From positions 20,220 to 84,219 of the forward strand of contig JAJXZE010000002.1 in the NCBI GenBank assembly GCA_021780195.1: a DNA stretch of 64,000 nt. Direction: 5' to 3'. Shown piece after piece: positions 8,850-18,611 of the stretch. Source of the DNA: a bacterium. Lineage in GTDB: Bacteria > Patescibacteriota > Minisyncoccia > UBA6257 > 2-01-FULL-56-20. The first letter of the stretch is position 1, and every line of letters starts with the position of its first letter. The notes below the pieces were generated by a model, which had not been told where the DNA came from, ran no database searches, and saw only the letters and a program-made list of their open reading frames with translations. The translations under genes were made by a program, and so were the position numbers.

Positions 8850-9962
8850 CTAAGACTTCAGGATCGGCTTTAGGATGTAGAAATACGAAGCGTCATTCAC
8901 GGGCCGGATTAACGCCGGGTTCACCTCCTCCTGGAACCCGATGAACACCTCCTCAGCTTTCATGGCCCGCACGGGATCCGCGAGGTAGCGCCAGTTGAAA
9001 AACGCCTCACTCGCTTCGCCCTTCACCTTCGCGGGCAGGAGATAACTATTCTCGCCGAGCGCCTGGTCGGCGGAGATGATCTCGATCGCCTTTTTTGCGG
9101 GATGTGCGACGATCTTCACCTCGCTCGTCTTCTGACCAAAAACACCGGCGAGTTTTATCGCATTCGCGAATTCCTCCCGATTCACGGAGATCTCCGCTGA
9201 AAACCGCTTCGGCACAATCTGCGAATAGTCGGGGAAGCTACCCTCCGTAAGGCGCGAAATAAGTTCCGCGCGCTCCGTCTGGAAAAGCACCTGGTTCTCA
9301 TCCCTGAAAATTTTCACCTCCTCGTCGTCCCGCGCTATCCGGAACACCTCCTGGCTCGTCTTTAGGGGAATCAGCATCCGGAACGGTTCTTGGAATTTTG
9401 CGGTGAAAAGATTTTGTGGGATGTTTTTTTCCGCAAGCCGGAAACCGTCCGTAGCGACGAGTTTTACCGCATCAAGAAGGAAGTCGAAAAGTACCGCATT
9501 GAGTTCGGGGCGGAGATCCGAGAATTGGGAAGCGACGACCACCTGCTGGATAGCGTCCTTAAGGATAATCCCCTTCATCCCAAGATAATCTTCCCCATTC
9601 TTGATCTTTGGCGTGATGGGAAAATCCTCAGGGGGGAGCCCCTGTATGGTCGCGCTGTAATTGTCGGTTTTTATCTCAAGTGAGTTCCCCTTCTTCCCGA
9701 AATTAAGGCGGTCACTCTGGAGATTGGTGATGAGATTAGAGAGGAGCGCGATGGGCACCGTGACCCTGCCCCCCTCGATCACCTTCCCGGAAACATGATA
9801 GGTGATTGCAATCTCAAGATTGGTCGCGGTAAGAGTGATTTCATCTTCCACCGCCTCAATGAGCACATTCCGAAGGATGGGGAGATTAAGATTTTCACCC
9901 GCCGCGCGCTCAATGGCGGAAATAGCCTCCTTGATATTCGATCTGATGGCGATAAACTTCAT
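8850..9962 (-). CDS. dnaN: DNA polymerase III beta sliding clamp
   Basis: 370 aa with three-domain clamp length, immediately downstream of dnaA. N-terminus MKFIAIRSNIKEAISAIERA is typical. Confidence 0.9.
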   Translation of the reverse strand: MKFIAIRSNIKEAISAIERAAGENLNLPILRNVLIEAVEDEITLTATNLEIAITYHVSGKVIEGGRVTVPIALLSNLITNLQSDRLNFGKKGNSLEIKTDNYSATIQGLPPEDFPITPKIKNGEDYLGMKGIILKDAIQQVVVASQFSDLRPELNAVLFDFLLDAVKLVATDGFRLAEKNIPQNLFTAKFQEPFRMLIPLKTSQEVFRIARDDEEVKIFRDENQVLFQTERAELISRLTEGSFPDYSQIVPKRFSAEISVNREEFANAIKLAGVFGQKTSEVKIVAHPAKKAIEIISADQALGENSYLLPAKVKGEASEAFFNWRYLADPVRAMKAEEVFIGFQEEVNPALIRPVNDASYFYILKPILKS

Positions 9963-10105
9963 TGTGGATAATTATACTGGTAATAGTATTAAATTCCTAT
10001 TAAAAGAAAATACTTATTATTGGATTTATTACCTTTTAATTTTCTGGGGATAACACCTTTCCTGTGGGATTTCTTTATAATTTTTTAAGGACAACCTGTG
10101 GATCA
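9963..10105. promoter_or_regulatory. Candidate oriC: DnaA-box cluster plus AT-rich unwinding region
   Basis: Perfect DnaA box TGTGGATAA (complement of TTATCCACA) at 9964-9972. Variants with one or two mismatches lie at 10045-10053 (TGGGGATAA), 10063-10071 (TGTGGGATT) and 10097-10105 (TGTGGATCA). The sequence between them is very AT-rich. Located in the dnaA-dnaN intergenic region. Confidence 0.65.
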
Positions 10106-11455
10106 GCTCTTATAAAGAATATCCTTTATGGTTAATATCTTCTGGTTGAGCGCGGGATTCTTGTTCACCTCCTGGTTGATTTTCTCGTAGGAGTGGATGG
10201 CGGTAGTGTGGTCCCTCCCCATCTTTTCCCCAATGTACGGGTAGGAAAGTTCGGAAATTTCACGGAGGAGATACATCGCGATCTGCCGCGGCTCCACAAT
10301 TTCCTTCCGGCGGTTATGGCTTACCAGGTCTTCGATGGAAACATTGAAGAATTCAGCGACTGCCTTCAATATTTGGGCGTCCCCGACCCTCTTGGACAGG
10401 TTCTTCGTCGATTTGTCGATGATCTCCTCCGCAAGCGCCATGGTGATCTCGGTGTGTCCGGTTTCCTGGAGGAAGAGGAGCTTTTTCAGAACCCCCTCGA
10501 GCTCGCGGATGTTCTTCCTGAGGCGCCTCGCGAGAAGGTCCACCACGTTGTCATCGATGTTGCGTCCAGCCTCGGAAAGCCTGCTCCGTATGATGGCGAC
10601 GCGCATTTCGTACTCCGGGTATCCGATGTCGGCCACAAACCCTCCTTCAAAACGCGAACGGAGGCGTTCCTCAAGGGTGGGGAGAGACTGCGGCGGCCGG
10701 TCGGAGGAAATAATGATCTGCTTGTTTGCCTCGTAAAGGGCGTTGAAGGTATGAAAGAATTCCTCCTCCGTTTTTTCCTTCCCGCCGATGAATTGGATGT
10801 CGTCGATGATGAGTACGTCGGCGTCGCGATATTTTTTCTTCACGCTCTCGATCCGGTCGTTGCGGAGCCCCCACACCACCTCCCTTGTGAACTGTTCCGA
10901 GGGGACGTATTTCGGCTTTATCTTTTTCTGATAGCGCGAGACGATCTCATTTCCCACCGCCTGGATGAGGTGCGTCTTGCCGAGGCCCACGCCGCCATAA
11001 ATGAAGAATGGATTATATTTCCCGATCACTTCCGTGATCGCCTTCGCGGCCGCGAAGGCGAGTTCGTTCGAGGGGCCGACCACAAAGGTGGAAAAGGTGT
11101 AGCGGGGGTTGAGGTTGGTCTCCGGATCCGCCCTCCCGAGATCGAGTTCGCCGGCCCCGAGCTCGCCGAGCTCCTTCGATGACGCCGCGGCCTTCTGCGG
11201 CGCAGGCATCTGGGAGTTGATGACGAACTCAACCTTCTTCACGGAGTTTTCTTTGTTGCGGAGGATGCCGAGAATGTTCTTGTGATACTTATCCTCAATC
11301 CAGGACTTCGCAAAATTGCTCGGCAGGGACACGTAGAGGGTGCCTTCGCGCCAGTCGATGGGCCGGCTCTCCTTCAGCCACATCGAAAAGTTGGCTTTCG
11401 TAAGTTGGATCTCCATCTCCCCGAGGGTTGATTGCCAAAGTTTTTCGAGATCCAT
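10103..11455 (-). CDS. dnaA: Chromosomal replication initiator DnaA
   Basis: 450 aa with Walker [11 protein letters not shown], an AAA+ core and the C-terminal DNA-binding helix region ([12 protein letters not shown]). Confidence 0.97.
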   Translation of the reverse strand: MDLEKLWQSTLGEMEIQLTKANFSMWLKESRPIDWREGTLYVSLPSNFAKSWIEDKYHKNILGILRNKENSVKKVEFVINSQMPAPQKAAASSKELGELGAGELDLGRADPETNLNPRYTFSTFVVGPSNELAFAAAKAITEVIGKYNPFFIYGGVGLGKTHLIQAVGNEIVSRYQKKIKPKYVPSEQFTREVVWGLRNDRIESVKKKYRDADVLIIDDIQFIGGKEKTEEEFFHTFNALYEANKQIIISSDRPPQSLPTLEERLRSRFEGGFVADIGYPEYEMRVAIIRSRLSEAGRNIDDNVVDLLARRLRKNIRELEGVLKKLLFLQETGHTEITMALAEEIIDKSTKNLSKRVGDAQILKAVAEFFNVSIEDLVSHNRRKEIVEPRQIAMYLLREISELSYPYIGEKMGRDHTTAIHSYEKINQEVNKNPALNQKILTIKDILYKS

Positions 11456-11622
11456 GTGCGGTGATGTTTATTATTAACTCTTACGCTCCCGCCGTCAAAG
11501 AGTCAAATGAAAGCGTTTGGGGACGGCATGGGTATAATCTGGGGATTCGGCGTCGCGGTAGCCCGCATCGCGCGAGCACGGGGCGCTGGCATATTTTTTT
11601 GCGGCATGATACTATCTTCTCA

Positions 11623-11757
11623 ATGTCGCAGACCTATAATCCCAAGAAGAAAAAGAGGCGGCGGACGCACGGGTTCCTCGCGCGCCAGGCAACTCCGGGA
11701 GGGAAGCGCGTGCTCGCGCGGCGCCGGGCGAAGGGACGCCGCCGACTCGCGGTCTGA
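11623..11757 (+). CDS. rpmH: 50S ribosomal protein L34
   Basis: [44 protein letters not shown]. Confidence 0.95.
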   Translation: MSQTYNPKKKKRRRTHGFLARQATPGGKRVLARRRAKGRRRLAV

Positions 11758-11773
11758 CCCACGCGAAAGCCGC

Positions 11774-12106
11774 ATGACGACCGCGACGCGGGCGCGACTG
11801 CCGAGAGAGGCGTTCAGGGCGGGATGGGAAAAAACGATCGCCACCCCGTATTTTTTACTGAAGCGCCGGCGGAACGGCGGAACGCGGCGCCGGATCGGGG
11901 TCGTGATCGGTGTTGCGGCCGCGAAGACCGCGGCGCGGCGCAACTTCTGGAAGCGCCAGGCAAGGGAAGCACTTTCGGCCGCCATCCCGGCGAACAGGGC
12001 CGCGCCCGACGATCTTCTGCTCATTTTTTCGCCGAAAGTGTCCCGCATTACTAAAAAAGAATTCCGGAAAACAGTGGAGGGGGCGCTCTCCCGCATTGGC
12101 GCATAG
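11774..12106 (+). CDS. rnpA: Ribonuclease P protein component
   Basis: A 110-aa basic protein directly after rpmH, with an RNase P protein-like core (..IGVVIGVAAAKTAARRNFWKRQARE..). Confidence 0.8.
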   Translation: MTTATRARLPREAFRAGWEKTIATPYFLLKRRRNGGTRRRIGVVIGVAAAKTAARRNFWKRQAREALSAAIPANRAAPDDLLLIFSPKVSRITKKEFRKTVEGALSRIGA

Positions 12107-12136
12107 CTCCACGGCAAATTTCACTGCAACAAAATC

Positions 12137-12853
12137 ATGAACATCTTCCAGGCGATCTTCTACCAGCCGATCCTCAATGCACTCATCTATTGCTACGAGA
12201 CGATCGCATTCCATAATTTCGGCATCGCCGTCGTCCTCATTACCGTGTTCATCAGGCTCGTGCTCTATCCCCTTTTCCATAAGAGCGCGAAACAGCAGAT
12301 GCTTCTCCAGCGTATCCAGCCGAAGATAAAAAAGATTCAGGAAACCCACAAGAAGGACAAGGAGAAACAGGCGCAGGCGCTTATGGAGCTTTATAAAGAG
12401 CACGGGGTGAACCCCTTCTCAAGCATGCTCCTTATCATCGTCCAGCTGCCCATCATGCTCGGGCTGTATTGGGTCGTGCGCGCGGGGCTTATCCCAGGGG
12501 AACTCACGGGGCTGTATTCCTTCGTGCCGCCGCCCGGGGCGATCAACCCACTGTTCCTCGGGATGGTGAACCTCGCCGGGCCGAGTATCGTTATCATTCT
12601 CCTTGCCGCGCTCGCGCAATATTTTCAGGCGCGGCTCGCCATTTATCGCGATCCCTCGAATACGTCGCCACTCTCCCCCGCGGAAAAGATGGCGCGACAG
12701 ATGGTGTTCATCGGCCCGCTCGTCACCATTTTTATTTTTTATGGGCTTCCTTCCGCCGTCGGCCTCTACTGGCTCACCTCGTCGCTCTTCTCGGTATTCC
12801 AGCAGATCATCATCAACCGCCGTTTCCGCCAGGGGGAGACCGCGGCGGTATAG
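12137..12853 (+). CDS. yidC: Membrane protein insertase YidC (short form)
   Basis: 238 aa, multi-TM, in the conserved rnpA-yidC-jag order. YidC/Oxa1-like core (LYPLFHKSAKQQMLLQRIQPKIKKIQ). Confidence 0.85.
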   Translation: MNIFQAIFYQPILNALIYCYETIAFHNFGIAVVLITVFIRLVLYPLFHKSAKQQMLLQRIQPKIKKIQETHKKDKEKQAQALMELYKEHGVNPFSSMLLIIVQLPIMLGLYWVVRAGLIPGELTGLYSFVPPPGAINPLFLGMVNLAGPSIVIILLAALAQYFQARLAIYRDPSNTSPLSPAEKMARQMVFIGPLVTIFIFYGLPSAVGLYWLTSSLFSVFQQIIINRRFRQGETAAV

Positions 12854-12984
12854 AAGAAGTGTCGCGTTGATCCTTCTCTGCGCCTAGCGCGCGACGACCT
12901 TACGGACCGCGGGTCCGTACGAGGGTCGCGCGCATGGACCATGGCGCTTGATTTTACTCTGAAAATATGGAATAGTACGGAATA

Positions 12985-13491
12985 ATGAGCACCTGGGAAG
13001 AATTCGTAAAAAAATTGACGGAGTACATGGGCTTCCGCGACTACCGCGTGGAAGTGAAGCCGGAAGAAAAACACGGCGCCCTCTTTATTTACGACGGCGG
13101 AGATTTTCTGAAGGAGAACCTTCCCTCGGTCGTCGAGAGCATCAATCATCTTATCCAGATGATCGCCAAGAAGAACGGCGCGGAGATGCTTTTCTTCGAC
13201 GTGAACAATTACCGGCAGGAGCGGGAGAATCTCATCGGCGAACTCGCCCGCGCGGCGGCGAAAAAAGTGATGGCGACGAAGGGCGCGGTATCCCTGCCCG
13301 CGATGAATTCATACGAGCGCCGGCTTGTGCATATGGCGCTTGCGGTGCATCCTGAGGTGGCAACCGAGAGCGTGGGAGAAGGGAAGGAACGCTACGTGGT
13401 GATCAAGCTGATCGGCGCCAGTGCAAGCGCCGCCGCCGCGGAAGAAGAAGCAGAAGCGCGGGGCGTTACTGCCCCGAGCTTGCAGGAGTAA
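12985..13491 (+). CDS. jag: RNA-binding protein Jag/KhpB (KH + R3H)
   Basis: R3H motif SYERRLVHMAL; positioned after yidC. Confidence 0.8.
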   Translation: MSTWEEFVKKLTEYMGFRDYRVEVKPEEKHGALFIYDGGDFLKENLPSVVESINHLIQMIAKKNGAEMLFFDVNNYRQERENLIGELARAAAKKVMATKGAVSLPAMNSYERRLVHMALAVHPEVATESVGEGKERYVVIKLIGASASAAAAEEEAEARGVTAPSLQE

Positions 13492-14821
13492 GCTGATAAA
13501 GTTCCTGATTGTATCGATTCACAAAATAGAGCGAACCATTGAAGACCTTCGGGTCCGAGACGTCGAGATTTTGATTTGTGTCGGTCATAAGAGCCGTCGC
13601 CGCGCCGGAGGCGGCATTGATGAGGTAAATATCGTCGGAGGTATAGAGCGCCATCTGGTCATAGGCGTCCGGAAGAGCGGCGGAGGAGAATGCCGCGGTA
13701 TCGCGCGGGATGCCGCAGTAAAGCGCGGGGTAGGTCGGCATGAGCGGCGGGGTCTTCTGCGCCGTTTTTTTATCTGTCGCGGCGGTCGTACCGGCGGTAG
13801 ATGACGTAGCGGTGGACGATGCGGACAAGTTCACGGGCGTCTCGCGCGCGATAGTAAAGGCGCACTTCGACGGCAGAGTCAGGAAATTCAATGCCTGCAT
13901 CGTAGCCCCCGCCGTGTCGTCGAGTGCGAGAGCGTACGCACCGGACGCGCTGCGGGAAAAGATGAGGCCGAGAGGAATGGTGGAACTGGTGGATCCGACC
14001 CAGATGCTCATAAGGCCGGGAGAGTCGAGTGCAATAGGACTAAGCGTCCCCTTCACGAGGTCGTAGACGAGCATCGGACCTCCCGCGTACGCCGTCGGCC
14101 TTCCGGAGAGGACGATTTGGGTGCCCGAGAGCCATTGAGGGACGAGATCCTGCGCGCGGAGCGTGAGGAGCGCCGTCGGAGCGCGGCCCGGGAGTGCCGC
14201 ATTCAGCGTGTAGAGCGTGGTCGAAGAGGCGCCCGCCATAAAGGCGATGCGTGAATTCGAGAGCGACCATGAGGGAGCGATCATGCCCGCGGGAAGCGGC
14301 GTCCATGTTTTATTGGCGACCGTGAAGATGCTCGATTGCGGATTGGTGCGCGCGCCGAAGTTTGCAAGAATCATTTTCCCGTCGTAGGAGAAGCGGGCGC
14401 TTATAATATCCTTGATCTCTATTGAGCTCAGGGAGGAGGTTTGGTTTCCCGCCGCGCCCGCCGTACCCGCCGCCACGGCGAGGATTGTGCCGTTCGGGCT
14501 GATGGCGGTGATGGTCCCCGACGCGTTTATGAAGTAGTCAAGGACAGGGGATGACGCGACCACGCTGAGGGTATTCACCGATCCCTGATTTGCGGCGCCG
14601 GGCATCAGGGCGCCGCCTCCCGATGAGCTTGCGGACGCCCCGGCGCCTCCCGTCGTGCCGGTTTGCGTGCCGCCTCCTCCAACGAAAGGAAGCGACCCCG
14701 TTACCGCTGCCGGAAGGTTTGTAAGCGAGCCGACATTCCCCTTAAAACCGAAGATGAAAACAAGGAAGCCGACACCTGCGAGGATTACGATGCCGAGAAT
14801 AATATAGATGAGGCGTTTCAT
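13466..14821 (-). CDS. Membrane-anchored/secreted hypothetical protein (451 aa)
   Basis: N-terminal TM segment (RLIYIILGIVILAGVGFLVFIF), a G/T/S-rich linker and a repeat-like beta-rich body. Last gene of the T4SS-like operon. Confidence 0.6.
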   Translation of the reverse strand: MKRLIYIILGIVILAGVGFLVFIFGFKGNVGSLTNLPAAVTGSLPFVGGGGTQTGTTGGAGASASSSGGGALMPGAANQGSVNTLSVVASSPVLDYFINASGTITAISPNGTILAVAAGTAGAAGNQTSSLSSIEIKDIISARFSYDGKMILANFGARTNPQSSIFTVANKTWTPLPAGMIAPSWSLSNSRIAFMAGASSTTLYTLNAALPGRAPTALLTLRAQDLVPQWLSGTQIVLSGRPTAYAGGPMLVYDLVKGTLSPIALDSPGLMSIWVGSTSSTIPLGLIFSRSASGAYALALDDTAGATMQALNFLTLPSKCAFTIARETPVNLSASSTATSSTAGTTAATDKKTAQKTPPLMPTYPALYCGIPRDTAAFSSAALPDAYDQMALYTSDDIYLINAASGAATALMTDTNQNLDVSDPKVFNGSLYFVNRYNQELYQLTPASSGQ

Positions 14822-14830
14822 GGGTTTTTA

Positions 14831-15418
14831 TTAGAAGCATGCTTCCCATCCCGGGGTCGTGCCGGCATAGCCGCAGTAATGCGGCGGCGGACATACCGCG
14901 CCCGAGCCGGCGCAGGTTACCGTGGGCGAGTGGTCAGAAACAGGAGCCATAAAAGTGGTGGTTGGATGGCTAGAGGCGGGGGTAAGCGCCTGGGTGTTTG
15001 TGCCGGCATCGACGCTCACCGGCTGGAGATTCGGCAGGTTCAGGTTCAAGAGCGCCGGGTTGATAAGCTGAAGGATGAAGTAGGCGCCGCCGAGGAGAAG
15101 CAGACCAAGGAGGGCGGACTGGATCCACTCCTTCCCCTCGCTCTGGCCGGAAGGGTTGCCGGCGGCCGTCATATACTTCACACCTCCATAGACCACGACC
15201 CCGAAGGCAAGGAGACCGCTGATCATGAGGGAAAACTGGTAGAAGCCCGCGATGAAGGCGCCCGGGGAGCTTGTGGCGTTTGCGGGCATGCCGGGGAGAG
15301 AGGAGCTGATGTCAACGGGAGAGAGAGTTGCCGCGAATACGCGGAAAGGAACGGCGGCGAGCGGAGCCGCGAGCGCTAAGACGGAAAACGACGCGAAAAA
15401 TTTATAAATGCGGCGCAT
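14831..15418 (-). CDS. Possible VirB2/TrbC-like pilin subunit
   Basis: Signal peptide followed by two hydrophobic helices separated by a short polar loop (FIAGFYQFSLMISGLLAFGVVVYGG ... SALLGLLLLGGAYFILQLI). This is the topology of TrbC/VirB2 pilins. Confidence 0.45.
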   Translation of the reverse strand: MRRIYKFFASFSVLALAAPLAAVPFRVFAATLSPVDISSSLPGMPANATSSPGAFIAGFYQFSLMISGLLAFGVVVYGGVKYMTAAGNPSGQSEGKEWIQSALLGLLLLGGAYFILQLINPALLNLNLPNLQPVSVDAGTNTQALTPASSHPTTTFMAPVSDHSPTVTCAGSGAVCPPPHYCGYAGTTPGWEACF

Positions 15419-16097
15419 AGGTAAGGTTCAGGGAGCCGGCCCCGGAGGTCGAGTCGCCTGGATTCGTGATAGTGAGCCCTACCGAAAGAACGGTGCCGGC
15501 GGCGGTCGACGCCGGAAGATTGATATTCGCGGTCTGCGGGTTTTCCGCGCTCGCCCCCGCCTGTCCGTTTACGGACCAGGCATAAGAAAGAGAAGAGGCG
15601 GAAGCGGTATTGAAGAAATAAGGAAGCGCGGAAACCGAAACGGGATTCGCCGCGGCCTGCCCGTTCGGGTAGGGGGCGTTAATGACCGCGACGGGGCTCA
15701 CGAACGGGATGGTTATGTCGTGGGAAAGATACGCACCCTGGTAGCTCGGGAGGGTCACGTTGAGGGTAAGCGATGAGGGAGGGCTGTTGAATGGAGGGAA
15801 TGATACGGTCTGCACCCCGAGACCACCCCCGATCAGGACGTCATTCAGATACCAGTATATGGTCTGGTAGCGGAGATCCACGGGCTTTCCTCCCAAAAGG
15901 AGTTCAAGCGAAGCCGTGATCGTGGAGCCGTACGTGGGGAGCGCCTTGTCGGGATACGCGGCGGGGACATAACTCCCGGAGGTTTTCCACGTGACAAGAA
16001 ACTGCGGTGCGGTCGTCTGCGCGCGAACCGTTCCCGCGGTTGCGGCGGCACCGACGGCGAGAATAAGGATGGCAACGGTAATAGCGAAGCCCTTCAT
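15402..16097 (-). CDS. Secreted hypothetical protein
   Basis: Start trimmed to ATG 16097 (MKGFAITVAILILAVGAAATAGTVRAQ, a signal peptide). No recognised domain. Confidence 0.55.
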   Translation of the reverse strand: MKGFAITVAILILAVGAAATAGTVRAQTTAPQFLVTWKTSGSYVPAAYPDKALPTYGSTITASLELLLGGKPVDLRYQTIYWYLNDVLIGGGLGVQTVSFPPFNSPPSSLTLNVTLPSYQGAYLSHDITIPFVSPVAVINAPYPNGQAAANPVSVSALPYFFNTASASSLSYAWSVNGQAGASAENPQTANINLPASTAAGTVLSVGLTITNPGDSTSGAGSLNLTYAPHL

Positions 16098-16116
16098 CCC
16101 CTTAAGGATACCATTT

Positions 16117-16866
16117 TTACGCCGCCCGCGCCTCGTCATCTTCCTCTTCCGTATCCGTGCTCGGGCTGGGGAATGCGCGCATATTGTCATGCTCCCCCTC
16201 TAAGTCGGGCGCGCCCAATGGTTCTTTGGTGAGGGCTTCCGCTTCTTCCTCGGGGGTTTCCGGTGAGCCGAGCGCTTTTTCCTCCTCCCGTTCTCTCTCT
16301 GCGTCCTCCGTGGCCCTCCCGCCACCGGAGTCCTTCCCCGCGCCGGCGTCGGATTCCGTCCCTGCCCCGCCGCCCGCGCCTTCCGCAGATGCTCCCCGCT
16401 CGCCGGCGCCGGCTCCCGTTTTCACTCCCGCCGCACCGCCCGCTTCTTTTCCGGCGCTTTGCGCGAGATTCTTTTCTGCCCCTGCCGCTCCCTCAAGTGC
16501 CTCGCCCTCTCCTCCGGTGGTCACCGTTTCGGCGACCTTCTCAAGCTTCGGATTGTTGGTGAGGACCATAATCGTGATGACTGCCGCGGCAAGTCCGACA
16601 GGGACCCCAATGAGGTCAAGAACACCGCCGACCGTGGTCCAGAGGCTTACCATTCCAAGGGCGCCAAGCTTCATCACGAACCAGGCGATGAAGATCCCCG
16701 CGATGATGAGGGTGTAGAACTCGGAGCCGAAGAAGATCACCTGTCCGAGCCCGGGGATGGCAAACGAGAGGTCGCTTACGGTCTTCACTGCGGCCTCGGA
16801 AGCAAGAAGCAGGCCCGCCATCACCATGTCGACCGCCGTGAATTTCTTTGCGCCAGCTTCGTCCAT
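16117..16866 (-). CDS. Polytopic membrane protein with acidic/Gly-rich C-terminal tail
   Basis: Three to four TM helices at the N-terminus and a low-complexity G/A/E tail. Lies in the T4SS-like operon. Confidence 0.55.
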   Translation of the reverse strand: MDEAGAKKFTAVDMVMAGLLLASEAAVKTVSDLSFAIPGLGQVIFFGSEFYTLIIAGIFIAWFVMKLGALGMVSLWTTVGGVLDLIGVPVGLAAAVITIMVLTNNPKLEKVAETVTTGGEGEALEGAAGAEKNLAQSAGKEAGGAAGVKTGAGAGERGASAEGAGGGAGTESDAGAGKDSGGGRATEDAEREREEEKALGSPETPEEEAEALTKEPLGAPDLEGEHDNMRAFPSPSTDTEEEDDEARAA

Positions 16867-16872
16867 GCGCGC

Positions 16873-18609
16873 CTAGAGGTCCGCCTTCTCCTGCAGGAGC
16901 TGTTCAGGGTTCGTCGTGATGATCTGGTCCTCGAAGTACGACGGCACGATCTGCATCGCGACGTGCCGCTTTCCCGCGAAGAAGATGCCGGTGCCCACCT
17001 CGGCGCCGAGGAGGAAGTTCTTCTCGGCATCCGTGAGGTCGAAAGCCTTCGCCACGATGTCGATCGTCGCGGGCGCCTGCTTAAGGAGGAGCTGGAGCGA
17101 CGAGTTCGTGATGATCGGACGGCCGTACGGCGAGCGGAGGAAGTCCTCCACGTCCTGGGTGATTGTGGACACGCCGAGGAAGTATTTGCGCGCGCGCTTC
17201 ACGAGGCCGAAAAGGAAGGTGGCGGAGTCGTCGTTCTTCATCATGATCCACGCCTCGTCGATGAAGAGCAGGCGCTTGGCGAGCTTCGCGCGGATAAGAT
17301 TCCAGATGTAGTTCAGGATCACAAACATGCCGATCGGGCGGAGTTCCTCCTCGAGGTCTCGGATGGAGAAGACGATGAGGCGGTTCGACATGTCGATGTT
17401 CGTCGGCTGGTTGAGGAACCCCGAGAAGCTTCCCTGGGTGTATTTATAGAGCTTTTCCGCAAGGTCGTGTCCGCCCTCTAGGCTTCGAAGTACCGTCTCG
17501 AGGTCGCCCAAGACCGGGGGCTCCTTGCCCGCGAAATCCGCCATGCCCGGGACGATCTCGCGGGAGGCGTAGGTTTCCGTGATCGCGCGGTCGAGGAGCG
17601 CGTCCTCCTCGGGCGTGATCTTGCCGAGCATGAGCTTGAGAAGGCTCGCCAGGTTCACAATGTGGGAGCGGAGCACGTCCGACGGCGCCTCCCCCTCCGG
17701 GATGAGCGGGATGTCGAACGGATTGATGTGTTCGTGCGAAGAAAGCGAGATATTAAACATACTGCCGCCGAAAGTGCTCGCGAGGCGTTCGTATTCGTTC
17801 TCGGGGTCGATCACGATGACGGCCTCGACCCCTTCCATGAGCGAGCGGATGATCTCGAGCTTCGTGGCGTACGACTTGCCGGAGCCGGACTTCGCAAAGA
17901 CCACCTGGTTCGCGTTCTCAAGGGAGAAGCGGTCGAAGATCACAAGATTATTGTTGCTCAGATTCACGCCGTACATGATGCCCTCGTTCGACGAAAGATC
18001 CTCCGAGACGAACGGGAAGAAGGAAGAGATCGGGCCCGTATCCATCGGTGTGTAGATCTGGAGCCGGTCGTCGTTCAGGGGGAGGGCCGACATGAGCCCC
18101 TCGAGCTGTTCGAAGAGCGCGGGCTTCATATAGATGAGCTTCGCCTCCATCATGGTCACGATCTTACTCTCGAGCTTCGCGAGCTCTTCCGCGCGGTCGG
18201 CGTAGATCGTGACGTAGACGCCGGTGTCAAAAAGCTTTTCCTCCGACTGCTGGAGCGCGTCGCGGAGGTTTTCGACGTCGCGGATGGCGGTCTCGAGCAC
18301 CGGGTTTCTCACGAGGCCTTTCTCCTGTTCGTCGTTCATCTGCGACTCGAGCTGGCCGGCCTTCTTGCGGAGATTCTTGAGCGCGGTGCCCGTGTCCACG
18401 GGATTCACGAAGATGGAAACGTCGAAAAGATTCGGGAGGTTAATGAGCGACTCGAACCATCCCGTCGAAAGATAGCGGGGATAGGAGAAGACGAAGAAGG
18501 TCTTGGCGATCTTATCCCCAATCTTCAGGGAATTCGCCGTAACCTCGGCGCCCGAAGGCGCGATGATCTTCTTGATGTCCTTGAAATTGTCGGCGGTTTC
18601 TTCCGGCAT
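16873..18609 (-). CDS. VirB4/TrbE-type conjugation ATPase, C-terminal ATPase part
   Basis: Walker A FAKSGSGKSY and Walker B LLFIDEAW; 578 aa. The N-terminal VirB4 domain is encoded by the preceding ORF. Confidence 0.85.
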   Translation of the reverse strand: MPEETADNFKDIKKIIAPSGAEVTANSLKIGDKIAKTFFVFSYPRYLSTGWFESLINLPNLFDVSIFVNPVDTGTALKNLRKKAGQLESQMNDEQEKGLVRNPVLETAIRDVENLRDALQQSEEKLFDTGVYVTIYADRAEELAKLESKIVTMMEAKLIYMKPALFEQLEGLMSALPLNDDRLQIYTPMDTGPISSFFPFVSEDLSSNEGIMYGVNLSNNNLVIFDRFSLENANQVVFAKSGSGKSYATKLEIIRSLMEGVEAVIVIDPENEYERLASTFGGSMFNISLSSHEHINPFDIPLIPEGEAPSDVLRSHIVNLASLLKLMLGKITPEEDALLDRAITETYASREIVPGMADFAGKEPPVLGDLETVLRSLEGGHDLAEKLYKYTQGSFSGFLNQPTNIDMSNRLIVFSIRDLEEELRPIGMFVILNYIWNLIRAKLAKRLLFIDEAWIMMKNDDSATFLFGLVKRARKYFLGVSTITQDVEDFLRSPYGRPIITNSSLQLLLKQAPATIDIVAKAFDLTDAEKNFLLGAEVGTGIFFAGKRHVAMQIVPSYFEDQIITTNPEQLLQEKADL

Positions 18610-18611
18610 GG

